DNA of 64,000 bases from an uncultured Bifidobacteriaceae bacterium. Lineage in GTDB: Bacteria > Bacteroidota > Bacteroidia > Chitinophagales > UBA10324. A program made the position numbers and the translations under genes. Positions within the stretch are counted from its first letter, which is position 1. Each line of letters begins with the position of its first letter. Below the pieces are notes generated by a model. It made no database searches. It saw only the letters and a list, made by a program, of their open reading frames with translations, and was not told the DNA's origin. Shown here in pieces: positions 35,519 through 46,743 of this stretch. Location of the stretch: assembly GCA_964640655.1 (NCBI GenBank), contig CAZXFT010000006.1, forward strand, positions 73,686 through 137,685, given 5' to 3'.

Positions 35519-37861
35519 CTAAAATTTAAAGTTCCATGTAATGGAAGGAAGAATTGGAAAAATAGTTACTTGCTTAGCCTGAATGTTGATGACAGGATCT
35601 TGGAGAAATACACCGGTGATTTCGTCGTAAATGAAAAAAGGATTTAAACGATTGTAAACATTATATACACTGAATGTCCAGCTATCATCAACGTGTTTTC
35701 TTTTCTTGCCATCGTATGTAGCACTAATGTCCATTCGGTGGTATGAGGCCAGTCGGAATGAATTAATAGCACCATACTCAGTAACTACAGATCCTTCAAA
35801 GAAATATTTGGCCATAGGTAAAGTGTAAGCAATGCCTGTGTTGTATACGAAAACAGCACCAAAGGTCCATCGCTCATTGATGCGGTAGTTTCCAACGATA
35901 GACAACACATGTCTTCTATCGAAACGATATGGAAATTTTTGACCACCATTCAGGTCGGGGAATTTGCGGTTTGTGTATGACAGTGTATAACTGACCCAGC
36001 CTGTGAAGTCGCCGGCTTTTTTATTTAGAAACAACTCAAGTCCTTTTGAATCACCGGTGCCGAACACAAAACTTTCTTCCAATTTTTCATTTGCCGATGG
36101 TGTATAGCCCTCTTTATATTCAATCTGGTTAAGCAACTTTTTATAATAAACCTCCACGGATGTTTCCCATTTGTTGTTGAAGAAATTTCGGAAGTAACCT
36201 AATGCATATTGGTATCCGACCTGAGGCTTAACATTAGCAGAACTTGGCACCCATATATCAGTAGGAAGCGTGGTGCCATTGTTGGCTACCAAATGTATGT
36301 ATTGGTTGTTAATGTTGAATGATGCCTTTACGCTGGATACTTTGTCAATGCTATAACGCACTAGGATTCTAGGTTCGAGGCGATGATAAAATTTCACCAG
36401 TTCGCCACTTTTCCACATCAAAGAATCGGTAGGTATTCCACGGAAGTCATAGATGTACTTTGTGTAAGGACCTACCTGACCAAACATGGAATATCGAAGA
36501 CCATAATTAATTTCAAGTTTTTCAGTGACAGTGTATTTATCTAATGCATATATTGCAAATTCGTGAGCAAACTGTGGGCCTATATTCTTAGGGTTAAACT
36601 CTGTATCTCCGCTTTGTCCACTAAACGTGCTTGGAGTGAAGCGATGAAAAATGTAGTTGGCTCCGAAATGAATTTCGTGTAAAGCATTCGGATAAAAATC
36701 AAAATCTGTCTTGATATTGTAATCACGAATTCCGGAGTAAAGCGTTATGGCAAAGTTGTTCTGGTCGGCAGTTACTTTAAAGTTGTATGAATTGTAAATA
36801 GCTGTCGTGTTCATAAACAGTTTGCTGTTGAACAGGTGATTCCATCTTACTGTGGTGGTTGCATTTCCCCAAGGAATGCTGATATTAAATTCATCATTTT
36901 TGAAACTGAAAATGTCACGGCCAAAGTACCCGCTAATGAAAAGACGGTCTTTATCAGAGAAAGTATAGTTAGCTTTTGCATTGAAGTCGTAGAAGTAATA
37001 ACCAGTACCCGAAAATTCCTGGTTCTTGATAAATGGCTTTGCAAGAATATCAATATATGTACGTCTGCCCGAAAGCATAAAAGATGACTTGTCTTTTACC
37101 AATGGTCCTTCCACAGTTGCACGGGATGCGATCAAACCAATACCGCCGGATGTATGATACGTTTTGTTGTTTCCTTCCTTCATTTGAATGTCTAACACAG
37201 AAGAAACACGACCGCCGTAACTTGCAGGAATACCTCCCTTATATATCGTTGCATTGTGAATGGCATCCGGATTAAACACAGAAAAGAATCCGAACAAATG
37301 TGAACTATTATACACTGTTGCTTCGTCGAGCAGAATTAAATTCTGATCGGGGCCACCACCCCGCACATAAAAACCCGCACTGGCCTCATTGCCACTTTGC
37401 ACTCCTGGTAACAGTTGAATGGTTTTAAGTATATCCACCTCACCAAAAATGGCTGGCAATGTCTTGATTTTTTCCATAGTCAACTCCACCCTACCCATAT
37501 CAGTGTTACGAATGTTGGCGTCTTCTTTATCGGCGGTGATGGTAACACCTTTTATCTGCTTGGCAGCAGTTTTCATCTCAATGTTGAAACGAAGATTTTC
37601 GTTGGCTGTAATTACAGTATCAATTCTATTATATCCCAGATAGGTAACCTGAAGGTGCAACGCGCCTTTCTCTGCACTAAGTGAATAGAAACCATACTCG
37701 TTTGTATATACACCTGTACCGGAAGGCAAGAGCACCACACCGGCGCCAATGAGGCTTTCGCCGGAGGCAGCATCTTTAATATATCCGCTAACAGTAACTT
37801 TTTGTGCAAAGGATGAAAAAGTGACACAGAGAAATGATAGTAGTATTAGCAGTCGGTACAT
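35519..37861 (-). CDS. TonB-dependent receptor with carboxypeptidase-regulatory-like domain
   Basis: Signal peptide, then VSGYIKDAASGESLIGAGV (CarboxypepD_reg). The plug contains DILKTIQLLPGVQSGNE. The 780-aa barrel ends in SITWNFKF. Confidence 0.85.
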   Translation of the reverse strand: MYRLLILLSFLCVTFSSFAQKVTVSGYIKDAASGESLIGAGVVLLPSGTGVYTNEYGFYSLSAEKGALHLQVTYLGYNRIDTVITANENLRFNIEMKTAAKQIKGVTITADKEDANIRNTDMGRVELTMEKIKTLPAIFGEVDILKTIQLLPGVQSGNEASAGFYVRGGGPDQNLILLDEATVYNSSHLFGFFSVFNPDAIHNATIYKGGIPASYGGRVSSVLDIQMKEGNNKTYHTSGGIGLIASRATVEGPLVKDKSSFMLSGRRTYIDILAKPFIKNQEFSGTGYYFYDFNAKANYTFSDKDRLFISGYFGRDIFSFKNDEFNISIPWGNATTTVRWNHLFNSKLFMNTTAIYNSYNFKVTADQNNFAITLYSGIRDYNIKTDFDFYPNALHEIHFGANYIFHRFTPSTFSGQSGDTEFNPKNIGPQFAHEFAIYALDKYTVTEKLEINYGLRYSMFGQVGPYTKYIYDFRGIPTDSLMWKSGELVKFYHRLEPRILVRYSIDKVSSVKASFNINNQYIHLVANNGTTLPTDIWVPSSANVKPQVGYQYALGYFRNFFNNKWETSVEVYYKKLLNQIEYKEGYTPSANEKLEESFVFGTGDSKGLELFLNKKAGDFTGWVSYTLSYTNRKFPDLNGGQKFPYRFDRRHVLSIVGNYRINERWTFGAVFVYNTGIAYTLPMAKYFFEGSVVTEYGAINSFRLASYHRMDISATYDGKKRKHVDDSWTFSVYNVYNRLNPFFIYDEITGVFLQDPVINIQAKQVTIFPILPSITWNFKF

Positions 37862-38039
37862 AAGTATAAAAGATGGTGCAAAGTTGATGACTGCATTAAT
37901 AAGAGCAGCCAGGTATTACACAGTCGGCGAAATTAGTTGTTAAGCTGTTTCAACACTAAAGTGAAGCTAATGTTTAAGTAAAATTATTATCGGGCAACAA
38001 TCATGTTACTTAGCACAAAAACAAGATTTAATCAAGGCA

Positions 38040-40403
38040 TTATCCTTTTTTCTTAAACCTAAAACCACCTTTACGTGGTGGTGCGTTCTTAGCTGCTTCC
38101 AGCAGTTCGAGGCAATCTTCAAGGCTCAACTTTTCAGGTTCGGTGTCTTTTGGCACTTTAGCGTTCAGTCTTCCTGACTTGATATACGGACCCCAACGAC
38201 CTACCAGGATACTAACACCTTGTTCTTTCCATTCTTTAATCACGCTGTTTCGCTTTTCTTCAATCAGTTCTATTGCCTGTTCAAGATTTATCTCATATGG
38301 ATCCATTCCTTTTTTCAGCGAAATAAACTTGCCTTCGAAAGTAATATATGGGCCAAAGCGACCAGTGTTTACTGTAATTTCTTTTTCTTCGTAAGAACCT
38401 ATTTTACGAGGTAAATCAAAAAGCTTTAGTGCGTCTTCCAGTGTGATAGTTTCCAGACTCATACCTGTTCGGAGTCCTGCCATGCGCGGCTTGGCATCAT
38501 CTTCCTGAGCACCAATCTGAACTATGGGACCAAAACGCGCCATACGAGCTATAACTTTTTTACCGCTAACAGGATCGACACCAAGTTCTCGTTCACCGGT
38601 AACGCGTTCAGCAGTTTCCAGAGTTTCTTCTACGTTCTTACTGAATGGCCCATAGAAATCGCCAATCATTTTCTCCCAGGAAATCTGTCCATTGGAAATA
38701 TCATCAAACTCTTTTTCTATTTCTGCTGTGAAGTTGAAATCAACAATCGATTTGAAGTTGGCTACCAAAAAATCATTTACCAGCATTCCAATGTCTGTAG
38801 GAAATAATTTATTACGCTCCACTCCGGTATTCTCTTCTGATTTACGATGCTTCACCTGGTTATTATCTATATATAGAATGTTAAATTCTCGTTTCACACC
38901 ATCGCGGCTACTCTTTTCTACATAACCACGTTTTTGAACCGTGCTGATCGTTGGTGCATAAGTACTTGGACGGCCAATACCCAACTCTTCCAATTTCTTT
39001 ACCAGCGAAGCTTCGTTGTATCGTGCAGGTGGACGGCTGAAACGCTCTGTGGCTGTAATATCGCTCAGCGACAATACATCACCTGCCTTTACGTCGGGTA
39101 ATAAACCTACCGTTGTATCCTCAGTACTTTCTTCATCAGTGCTTTCCATGTATACTTTCAGAAAACCGTCAAACAACAACACTTCGCCATTAGCAGCAAG
39201 TTCTTCGTTTGGTAGTTTAGAGATACCGATACGAACAGTAGTCTTTTCTAATTGTGCATCACTCATTTGAGAAGCAATGGTTCGCTTCCAGATGAGTGAA
39301 TATAATTTTTGCTCATCGGCTTCTCCATCAATTTCTTTGTCTTCAATATATGTAGGACGAATAGCTTCGTGGGCTTCCTGCGCATTGGCAGTTTTAGTTG
39401 AATAAGTTCTGTTTTGTAAATACTGATTACCATAAGTATTGATAATCTCGCTACTGATAGAACGCAATGCTGTTTCCGATAAGTTAGTACTGTCGGTACG
39501 CATATAGGTTATCTTACCGCTTTCGTACAATCGCTGAGCAATAGCCATAGTACGCGATACAGAGAAACCGAATTTACGAGCAGCTTCCTGCTGTAATGTA
39601 GAAGTTGTAAATGGGGCAGTCGGTGATTTTTTTCCGGGCTTTTTCTGCACATCTTTTACAGTAAACACGGAACCTACACATCCGTTAAGGAATTTTTCTG
39701 CTGCTTCCTGATTTGATTTGTTCTGTGGCAGTTCAGCTTTGATGGTCACTTTATTATTGAAGGCATCGGTGCCATGGAAGAGTGCCACCACCTTATAGGA
39801 TGATGACGATTTAAAAGTATTGATTTCACGCTCGCGATCAACAATAATACGCACTGCAACAGACTGTACACGACCTGCAGAAAGATTCTGACTGCCACGG
39901 GAAATTTTGCGCCAAAGAATGGGAGATAATTTAAAGCCTACTAAGCGATCGAGTACACGGCGTGCCTGCTGTGCATCAACTAAGGCTTTGTTCACAGTTC
40001 GTGGATTAGCTACTGCATCTTTTATAGCGCCTTTTGTGATTTCATGAAATACAATTCGTTTAGTTTTTTCTGCACTCAACCCCAGTGCTTCACACAGATG
40101 CCAGGCAATAGCTTCACCTTCGCGATCCTCATCCGTTGCCAGCCATACTTCGTTGGCATCTTTCATCATTTTTTTCAATTCCTTAACAACATCTTGCTTG
40201 TCTTCAGTTATTTCATAGACCGGTTTAAAATTGTTGTTTATGTCTATGGCTTTATCGGACTTAGGCAGATCGCGAATATGCCCGTAACTCGAGCGAACTA
40301 CAAATTTGTTGTCAAGAAATTTCTCAATGGTTTTAGCCTTGGCAGGACTTTCCACGATTAATAAATCTTTTCCGGCAACTTCAGATTCTTTCTTTTTAGC
40401 CAT
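38040..40403 (-). CDS. topA: DNA topoisomerase I
   Basis: TOPRIM LLIVESPAKAKTIEKFL, DEDREGEAI, and the active-site region GKITYMRTDS. The Lys-rich C-terminal domain has no zinc fingers. 787 aa. Confidence 0.95.
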   Translation of the reverse strand: MAKKKESEVAGKDLLIVESPAKAKTIEKFLDNKFVVRSSYGHIRDLPKSDKAIDINNNFKPVYEITEDKQDVVKELKKMMKDANEVWLATDEDREGEAIAWHLCEALGLSAEKTKRIVFHEITKGAIKDAVANPRTVNKALVDAQQARRVLDRLVGFKLSPILWRKISRGSQNLSAGRVQSVAVRIIVDREREINTFKSSSSYKVVALFHGTDAFNNKVTIKAELPQNKSNQEAAEKFLNGCVGSVFTVKDVQKKPGKKSPTAPFTTSTLQQEAARKFGFSVSRTMAIAQRLYESGKITYMRTDSTNLSETALRSISSEIINTYGNQYLQNRTYSTKTANAQEAHEAIRPTYIEDKEIDGEADEQKLYSLIWKRTIASQMSDAQLEKTTVRIGISKLPNEELAANGEVLLFDGFLKVYMESTDEESTEDTTVGLLPDVKAGDVLSLSDITATERFSRPPARYNEASLVKKLEELGIGRPSTYAPTISTVQKRGYVEKSSRDGVKREFNILYIDNNQVKHRKSEENTGVERNKLFPTDIGMLVNDFLVANFKSIVDFNFTAEIEKEFDDISNGQISWEKMIGDFYGPFSKNVEETLETAERVTGERELGVDPVSGKKVIARMARFGPIVQIGAQEDDAKPRMAGLRTGMSLETITLEDALKLFDLPRKIGSYEEKEITVNTGRFGPYITFEGKFISLKKGMDPYEINLEQAIELIEEKRNSVIKEWKEQGVSILVGRWGPYIKSGRLNAKVPKDTEPEKLSLEDCLELLEAAKNAPPRKGGFRFKKKG

Positions 40404-40498
40404 TGAAATATTGGTGTAAAATTTTTGCTATTGAAGTGCGCAAATAAACCAAAATTTTTTTTCAGACTTTTTTTGATGTTCATGAAGTGGATATACTC

Positions 40499-41833
40499 CT
40501 ATACTTTAGAGATGCTTTCTGTGAAGCGAATACCATACTGTTGAAGTTCCTGCAACACAGGTTCGTAAACTTCTTTAATTACCGGTAGATGAACTCCTGT
40601 CAATTTGCATTCATTGCGTACCAGTATCATTGCCAGGATACCAAGAGGTAGCCCTACAGTCTTGGCCATAGCCGTTTCGAGAGTATTATTCCCTATTACA
40701 ACCAATGATGAACGTAAAGCATATTTTGTTTTATTCTTTTTAAAAACAAAATCATGCACCATCACAATCATGTCTTTATCTCGTTTCTTCATCACCCACT
40801 TTTGTTCCATCAGTTGTTGAAGAATTTGTGCAGCTGTTGCTTCCTGTAGTTTTATCTTTTCGTTGCTAAACAATCCCATCCAACGCATCTTTTCAATTAC
40901 ATGGCTTTTAGGCTTCAACTTAAATAGTTTTGCTATTCTGTTTTCAATCTTTTTTTCATTGGATGTTGGTAGGTATGAAGTGAGCCAATCACTATAGGTA
41001 AGTGAAGAAGTATTTTGAATTACTATGCTGTCGTCTGTTAATCCAAGTTGCAGTAACACATTCCAGGCTTCGCAGTAACCTTCGCGTCGTAGTGTGGCGC
41101 GAATTAAAGTATCAACACCTTCTAAACCATACAAGGACTCGTAAGCTAACGAATCGCGATTGGCATAAGATTCAAAGCGACCGAATCCGGGGAGTTTAAT
41201 TTTTTCTATTTGAGTAAACAGTCTGTGATAGGGCAGATACTTTACATGCCCCTCCTGAACGAACTGTGCTGTGCCTTGCCCAGCCAGTACCACATTGCGA
41301 GGGTTCCAGGTAATCTTATAGTTCCAGGGATTGTCGTCACTTTCCGGTGCAACTAAGCCTCCGGTACTGCTTTTGAATGAAATAATATCCGCACGCTCAT
41401 CTTTCAAGCGATGAATTATTTCCATAGCACTCATATGATCAATACCGGGGTCTAGGCCCATTTCACCCATAAAAAGGAGACCATTCTTCTTCACAATCTC
41501 GTTCATTACTCGCAGTTCGGGAGTAAGGTAAGAAGCGGTAAGCAAGTGTTTCTTATGTGCAATACATAATTGTGCTGCCTTACTGTGAAGTGCGGGAGGC
41601 AATAATGAGATAATAATGTCGTGTTGTGATATAATGTCAGCCGCATGTTCATCGTCAATTGAAAAGCGAATGGCAGTGGCATTAGGGTGTTGATTAATTT
41701 TAGATTCAGCAAGTTCAAGTTGAATATCTGCTACGGTAACTTGAGTTTGATGAGTTTCAGATTGTTTCAGCAGGTATTTAATCAGCACGGTGGCCGAACG
41801 TCCGGCACCAATAACGAGAATCTTCTTGGACAT
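40499..41833 (-). CDS. saccharopine dehydrogenase family oxidoreductase
   Basis: N-terminal Rossmann KILVIGAGRSATVLIKYLL, GLDPGIDHM, and a 444-aa size typical of the family. Confidence 0.8.
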   Translation of the reverse strand: MSKKILVIGAGRSATVLIKYLLKQSETHQTQVTVADIQLELAESKINQHPNATAIRFSIDDEHAADIISQHDIIISLLPPALHSKAAQLCIAHKKHLLTASYLTPELRVMNEIVKKNGLLFMGEMGLDPGIDHMSAMEIIHRLKDERADIISFKSSTGGLVAPESDDNPWNYKITWNPRNVVLAGQGTAQFVQEGHVKYLPYHRLFTQIEKIKLPGFGRFESYANRDSLAYESLYGLEGVDTLIRATLRREGYCEAWNVLLQLGLTDDSIVIQNTSSLTYSDWLTSYLPTSNEKKIENRIAKLFKLKPKSHVIEKMRWMGLFSNEKIKLQEATAAQILQQLMEQKWVMKKRDKDMIVMVHDFVFKKNKTKYALRSSLVVIGNNTLETAMAKTVGLPLGILAMILVRNECKLTGVHLPVIKEVYEPVLQELQQYGIRFTESISKV

Positions 41834-41922
41834 TAATGTATTTGGTAAGTGTTAAACTATTTGCAAAGGTAACCGTTACTTTGCACCCCCGAATAGGTTC
41901 GGGTACAAACAAGCATTCATCA

Positions 41923-42408
41923 ATGAAAGAAATTACTCTCGAACAACACATTAAAGTGTGTAAGCAGCCGAAAGAATTACCGGCTGAATATCAACAGTTG
42001 CTTGAGGAAGCACATAAAGCAACAGAACATGCATATGCCCCCTATTCCAGATTTAGTGTTGGAGCTGCAGTTTTATTGAACGATGGTGCAGTAGTAATTG
42101 GAAGTAATCAGGAGAATGCGAGCTATCCGGTTGGTGTTTGTGCAGAGCGTGTTGCCATCACGGCAGCATCAGCTCAGCACCCTGGTGTAAAAGTGAAGGC
42201 CGTTGCTATTTCTGCTAAAGCTAAGCGTGGAAAAACCGATAATCCTGTAGCTCCCTGTGGTATTTGTCGTCAAACAATTTTGGAGTATGAGTTGCTGCAT
42301 CAACAAAATATTGAGTTGATTTTACAGGGTGAAACCGGTGATATTTATTGGATTCCATCAGCAAAAACACTACTTCCCTTATTCTTCTCGCACGATAATC
42401 TGAAATAA
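41923..42408 (+). CDS. cdd: cytidine deaminase
   Basis: Zinc motifs VCAERVAI and PCGICRQ. The start is set at MKEITLEQ. The track extension to 41836 lies in the divergent intergenic region. Confidence 0.85.
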   Translation: MKEITLEQHIKVCKQPKELPAEYQQLLEEAHKATEHAYAPYSRFSVGAAVLLNDGAVVIGSNQENASYPVGVCAERVAITAASAQHPGVKVKAVAISAKAKRGKTDNPVAPCGICRQTILEYELLHQQNIELILQGETGDIYWIPSAKTLLPLFFSHDNLK

Positions 42409-42480
42409 AGTCTTTGCTATTATGACCTGCGTCACGAAATGTTAATTTCTGCAGGGTTAACTTTGTAAAAATTTTAGTTA

Positions 42481-43227
42481 ATGATTGTAGTTATCTTCTT
42501 TATAAGCATTTGGTATTTGTCACTCTTTGTGCAAACTTTCTTTCATCACCGTTACTCTGCTCACCGCATGTTCACTATGTCTCCGTTAATGGAGAAGGTC
42601 TTTTATATTCTGGCCTGGATGTTTCAAGGTTCCAGCTATCTCAGCCCATATGCATACGGTATATTACACCGTATGCACCACGCCTATGCCGATACAGATA
42701 AAGACCCACATTCTCCCAAGTATTCCAAGAACCTGTTTGACATGATGTGGAAGACAAAAAATGTATACACAAGTATTGTATATGGTAAGATTCAGCCTGA
42801 AGAAAGATTCACCAAGAACATCCCCTTCTGGCCAGCTATGGAGCGTTTTGCAGACAGTTGGTTTTCGCGTATTACATGGGGTGTACTTTATACACTATTT
42901 GTAATATACTTTGCCACAGCGTGGTGGCAATTTTTGTTTTTACCCGTTATTTATTTAATGGCTCCAGTTCATGGTGCTATCATCAATTGGTATGCACATA
43001 AATTTGGTTACGCTCCCAATAAAGTGAACGATACCTCAAAGAACTTATTACCATTTGATTTTCTAATGTTGGGTGAGTCTTATCATAACAACCACCATAA
43101 GTTTGGTGGTCGCGCAAACTTCGGTCTTCGTTGGCACGAGTTTGATCCGATCTATCCTATCATCCTGTTGTTTAATGCACTCGGGTTAATCAAACTCAAA
43201 AAGAATAACGATCTTAACTATATGTAA
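42481..43227 (+). CDS. acyl-CoA/acyl-lipid (delta-9 type) fatty acid desaturase
   Basis: Three His boxes (HHRYSAH, HRMHHAYAD, HNNHHKF) and four TM segments. Confidence 0.85.
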   Translation: MIVVIFFISIWYLSLFVQTFFHHRYSAHRMFTMSPLMEKVFYILAWMFQGSSYLSPYAYGILHRMHHAYADTDKDPHSPKYSKNLFDMMWKTKNVYTSIVYGKIQPEERFTKNIPFWPAMERFADSWFSRITWGVLYTLFVIYFATAWWQFLFLPVIYLMAPVHGAIINWYAHKFGYAPNKVNDTSKNLLPFDFLMLGESYHNNHHKFGGRANFGLRWHEFDPIYPIILLFNALGLIKLKKNNDLNYM

Positions 43228-43285
43228 TGCAATGTATTTGGTTAGGGCACAAATTCTACTGAACTTTGTACCATAACCAAATAAT

Positions 43286-44506
43286 ATGGCCGTTACTCAG
43301 AAATTATCTCCCATTGAATTAGAAGACAAGTATGGCGCACATAACTATCACCCCTTACCGGTGGTATTAGAGCGCGGTCAGGGTGTATATGTATGGGACA
43401 CCAACGGCAAACGCTATTATGATTTTCTATCCGCATATTCAGCGGTTAATCAGGGACATTGCCATCCTGCCATCGTAGATACACTTGTTCAGCAAGCTTC
43501 AAAACTCACACTGACATCACGTGCTTTTCACAATAATTTACTTGGTGAATACGAGCATTATATCACCTCATATTTTGGGTATGATAAGATACTACCCATG
43601 AACACCGGTGTTGAGGCTGTCGAAACTGCTATTAAACTGTGCCGCAAATGGGCTTATCAAGTAAAGAAGGTTCCGGGTAATTCGGCGCGCATCATTTGTT
43701 GCGAAGGAAACTTCCATGGCCGCACAACCAGTGTCATCTCATTTTCAACCGACCCATTATCTCGCGAAGGTTTCGGACCATTTATGCCTGGGTATGTAAT
43801 TATTCCCTACAATGACCTGAAGGCTTTGGAACTTGCGCTACAAGAAGACAAGAACATTGCAGGTTTTCTTATTGAGCCAATCCAAGGTGAAGCAGGTGTT
43901 GTGGTTCCCGATGAAGGTTATTTGAAAAAAGCAAAAGCTCTCTGCGAAAAACATAATGTATTGTTTATTGCCGATGAGATCCAAACCGGCCTTGCACGTA
44001 CAGGCAAAATGCTGGCGTGTGATCATGAAGATGTACGACCCGATATACTCATTCTTGGCAAAGCGCTTAGCGGTGGAATACTACCCGTATCTGCTGTGCT
44101 TTGTGATGATGAAATCATGCTAACCATAAAACCCGGAGAACACGGTTCTACATATGGTGGCAATCCTTTGGCTTGTGCTGTTGCTCTAAAAGCACTGGAA
44201 GTTCTTAAGGATGAAAAACTAGCAGAAAACGCACTGCACCTTGGTGATATACTTCGCCGTGCATTATGCAAAATGGACAATGAGTTAATTACGCATGTTC
44301 GTGGAAAAGGCTTACTGAACGCTATTATTGTTAAACCTCGTAATGAAAAAGATGCATGGGATTTTTGTATAGAGTTAATGAAAAATGGCTTGTTGGCTAA
44401 ACCTACTCATGGCGATAAAATTCGTTTTGCGCCACCTCTTGTCATTACAGAAGAACAACTTTATGATTGTATTGCCATCATCGACAAAACGGTGAAGCAA
44501 TTCTAA
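43286..44506 (+). CDS. rocD: ornithine--oxo-acid aminotransferase
   Basis: [36 protein letters not shown], and the PLP lysine context ILGKALSGG. Class-III aminotransferase of OAT type. Confidence 0.88.
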   Translation: MAVTQKLSPIELEDKYGAHNYHPLPVVLERGQGVYVWDTNGKRYYDFLSAYSAVNQGHCHPAIVDTLVQQASKLTLTSRAFHNNLLGEYEHYITSYFGYDKILPMNTGVEAVETAIKLCRKWAYQVKKVPGNSARIICCEGNFHGRTTSVISFSTDPLSREGFGPFMPGYVIIPYNDLKALELALQEDKNIAGFLIEPIQGEAGVVVPDEGYLKKAKALCEKHNVLFIADEIQTGLARTGKMLACDHEDVRPDILILGKALSGGILPVSAVLCDDEIMLTIKPGEHGSTYGGNPLACAVALKALEVLKDEKLAENALHLGDILRRALCKMDNELITHVRGKGLLNAIIVKPRNEKDAWDFCIELMKNGLLAKPTHGDKIRFAPPLVITEEQLYDCIAIIDKTVKQF

Positions 44507-44548
44507 ACATTTAGTTATTTCGCCACTTCAAAAAAATTAATAAAAAAT

Positions 44549-45091
44549 ATGCGTCTAATACCATTTGCATTGATGTTTTTGGTCATCACCATTTCATCCT
44601 GTACCAATAAAGCTAAAGACTACGCCGATATTCAAAAGATGTTTGATACCATTAGCATCAAACTGAAAGAAGGTTATGTGGACACTACATACCTGAATAA
44701 GACCGTAGCAGAAGTAAATAACTACGTGAATAAACATCCTAAAGACACACTCGCCGCTAAATTGCTATTCCAATCAGCACAGCAGTTAGAAGCACATCGT
44801 TTAGCCGAAAAAGCTGTCAAGGTTTTAGAAAGCATTCAAAAGGATTTTTCTGAAACATCATATGCAGCTAAAGCACTGCTGACAGAAGGATTTATCTATA
44901 ATAACGTGCTGCACGATTACGAGAACGCAAAGGTGAAATACAACGAATACTTAAGTAAATACAAAGACTTAGACAGTAATATGAGTCGTGATGTGCAACT
45001 GGAACTTCAAAATCTTGGAAAAAGCGCCGATGATCTAATTAAAGAATTTGAAGCAAAGTTGAATGAGGCTACTCAAGACAAGAAAAACTAA
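44549..45091 (+). CDS. hypothetical lipoprotein (helical/TPR-like)
   Basis: Lipobox VITISSC and a helical, Lys/Glu-rich body of about 160 aa. No family was recognised. Confidence 0.5.
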   Translation: MRLIPFALMFLVITISSCTNKAKDYADIQKMFDTISIKLKEGYVDTTYLNKTVAEVNNYVNKHPKDTLAAKLLFQSAQQLEAHRLAEKAVKVLESIQKDFSETSYAAKALLTEGFIYNNVLHDYENAKVKYNEYLSKYKDLDSNMSRDVQLELQNLGKSADDLIKEFEAKLNEATQDKKN

Positions 45092-45900
45092 ACCCTGTCT
45101 GTAACAATATCAGTAAGCAGTTGCTTGACTTCTACTAATGGAAGATTTGTTCTGATTTTTCCATTCTTAGCATAACTGATATTTCCTGTTTCTTCTGAAA
45201 CAACTATGGCAACAGCCTCACTGTGCTCTGTTATACCAACAGCTGAACGGTGTCTTAAACCGGAACGTGCCGGTAAGTCAGGGCTGTCGGATACTGGCAG
45301 TACGGAACCTGCGAATATGATTCGGTTGTGAACTATGATTGCAGCACCATCGTGCAATGGAGAATATTTATTAAAGATGCTTTCCAATAATTTTTCTGAG
45401 ACTAAAGCATGCAATGCCACACCGGGATTAGTTAAATCATGAAGCTTGAAATGATTGTTAAATACTAAAAGTGCTCCCGTTTTTGATTTTGATAAATTGT
45501 CTAAAGCGGCGAGCATTTCACCTACTAACCGTTCTTCTTCTCTAGTTTTTTGTCGCTTGCTGATATTCAGTTTAAAAGGTAAATTCATTTTTTCAGAAAT
45601 ACTGATGTCACCAAGTGATAACAGAAACTTTCTGATTTCAGGTTGAAATACTACTAGCATTGCTACAACACCGGCACTTACAAAAGCTCCCAATATTTCT
45701 GACAGAATATCAAGATTCAGCCATTTCACTAATTTATAAATCAGGTAAATCAATATCATACCGAGGAAGATATTAAGCCCCAGCGAGCCGCGTACCCTGC
45801 GATAGAATTGATATACCAGAATGAGAACCAATGTAATGTCTATCACATCAATCCACTCAAACTTGTAACCGAAAATTTTAAATAGCAGTACTAAATGCAT
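45088..45900 (-). CDS. cdaA: diadenylate cyclase (c-di-AMP synthase), membrane-anchored CdaA type
   Basis: Three N-terminal TMs followed by a DAC domain (GALLVF, DGAAII, RHRSAVGITE.SEAVAIVVSEETG). Confidence 0.87.
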   Translation of the reverse strand: MHLVLLFKIFGYKFEWIDVIDITLVLILVYQFYRRVRGSLGLNIFLGMILIYLIYKLVKWLNLDILSEILGAFVSAGVVAMLVVFQPEIRKFLLSLGDISISEKMNLPFKLNISKRQKTREEERLVGEMLAALDNLSKSKTGALLVFNNHFKLHDLTNPGVALHALVSEKLLESIFNKYSPLHDGAAIIVHNRIIFAGSVLPVSDSPDLPARSGLRHRSAVGITEHSEAVAIVVSEETGNISYAKNGKIRTNLPLVEVKQLLTDIVTDRV

Positions 45901-46738
45901 TCCAAAGTTTAATAGTCTGAACAGCCTCTTTTACATCGTGCACACGAAGTATGGTTGCTCCCTGTTGCAAAGCAAGCATATTTAAGGCAGTAGTACCGTT
46001 CAGTGCATCAACAGGATGAGTGTTTAATAAACGGTTTATCATACTCTTTCGCGAGAGGCCAGCCAGCATTGGCTTTCCAAGTGTAGTGAAAAGAGAAAGA
46101 TGTTTTAGCAAAGAATAATTATGCGATACTGTTTTTCCAAATCCGAAACCCGGGTCTATAATGACATCTGTTATTTCTTGTTCTCGAAGGTGGTGAATGC
46201 CTTGCAATAAAAAGGTGTAAACCTCTTTTACTACATCATCATACTCGGGATGCTGTTGCATAGTATGCGGTTCACCTTGCATGTGCATCAAAATATATGG
46301 GGCTTTGTTTTTGGCTACTACCTTCAGTAAATAATTGTCCATACTGCCGAATGAAATATCGTTGATGATATCAACACCCATTTCCAAGGCACGTTCAGCT
46401 ACTACTGAGTAAAAAGTATCGCATGAGATAAAAACACTGGGAAAATTTCTGCGCAACTCTGCTAATACATCTTTAATTCGCTCCCACTCCTCCTCTGCAG
46501 TAATACGATCAGCCCCAGGACGACTCGACTGTCCACCAATATCTATAATTGTAGCACCGTTTTCTATTATCACCGACGCCTGGTTAACAAGATGCGCCGG
46601 GGAAGACTTTGAACCATCATAAAAAGAATCCGGTGTACAGTTGAGAATACCCATAACCACAGGTGTTCTCAAATCTAATATCCTACCCCGGCAATTCAGG
46701 GTTTGTAAGGGATGAAATACAGTAGTTTTATCGTTCAT
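45878..46738 (-). CDS. folP: dihydropteroate synthase
   Basis: GILNCTPDSFYDG, IIDIGGQSSRPG and DPGFGFGK. The start is set at the first ATG (MNDKTTVF). It overlaps the cdaA start by 23 nt. Confidence 0.9.
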   Translation of the reverse strand: MNDKTTVFHPLQTLNCRGRILDLRTPVVMGILNCTPDSFYDGSKSSPAHLVNQASVIIENGATIIDIGGQSSRPGADRITAEEEWERIKDVLAELRRNFPSVFISCDTFYSVVAERALEMGVDIINDISFGSMDNYLLKVVAKNKAPYILMHMQGEPHTMQQHPEYDDVVKEVYTFLLQGIHHLREQEITDVIIDPGFGFGKTVSHNYSLLKHLSLFTTLGKPMLAGLSRKSMINRLLNTHPVDALNGTTALNMLALQQGATILRVHDVKEAVQTIKLWNAFSTAI

Positions 46739-46743
46739 TATTT

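Noticed and set aside
37862-38039. 178-bp leader of the TBDR/DUF4249 pair, checked for a cobalamin riboswitch (B12 box).
   Set aside because: There is no GCCACTG-like B12 box and no obvious multi-helix junction. The nearest string, CGCCGACTGTG, does not fit.
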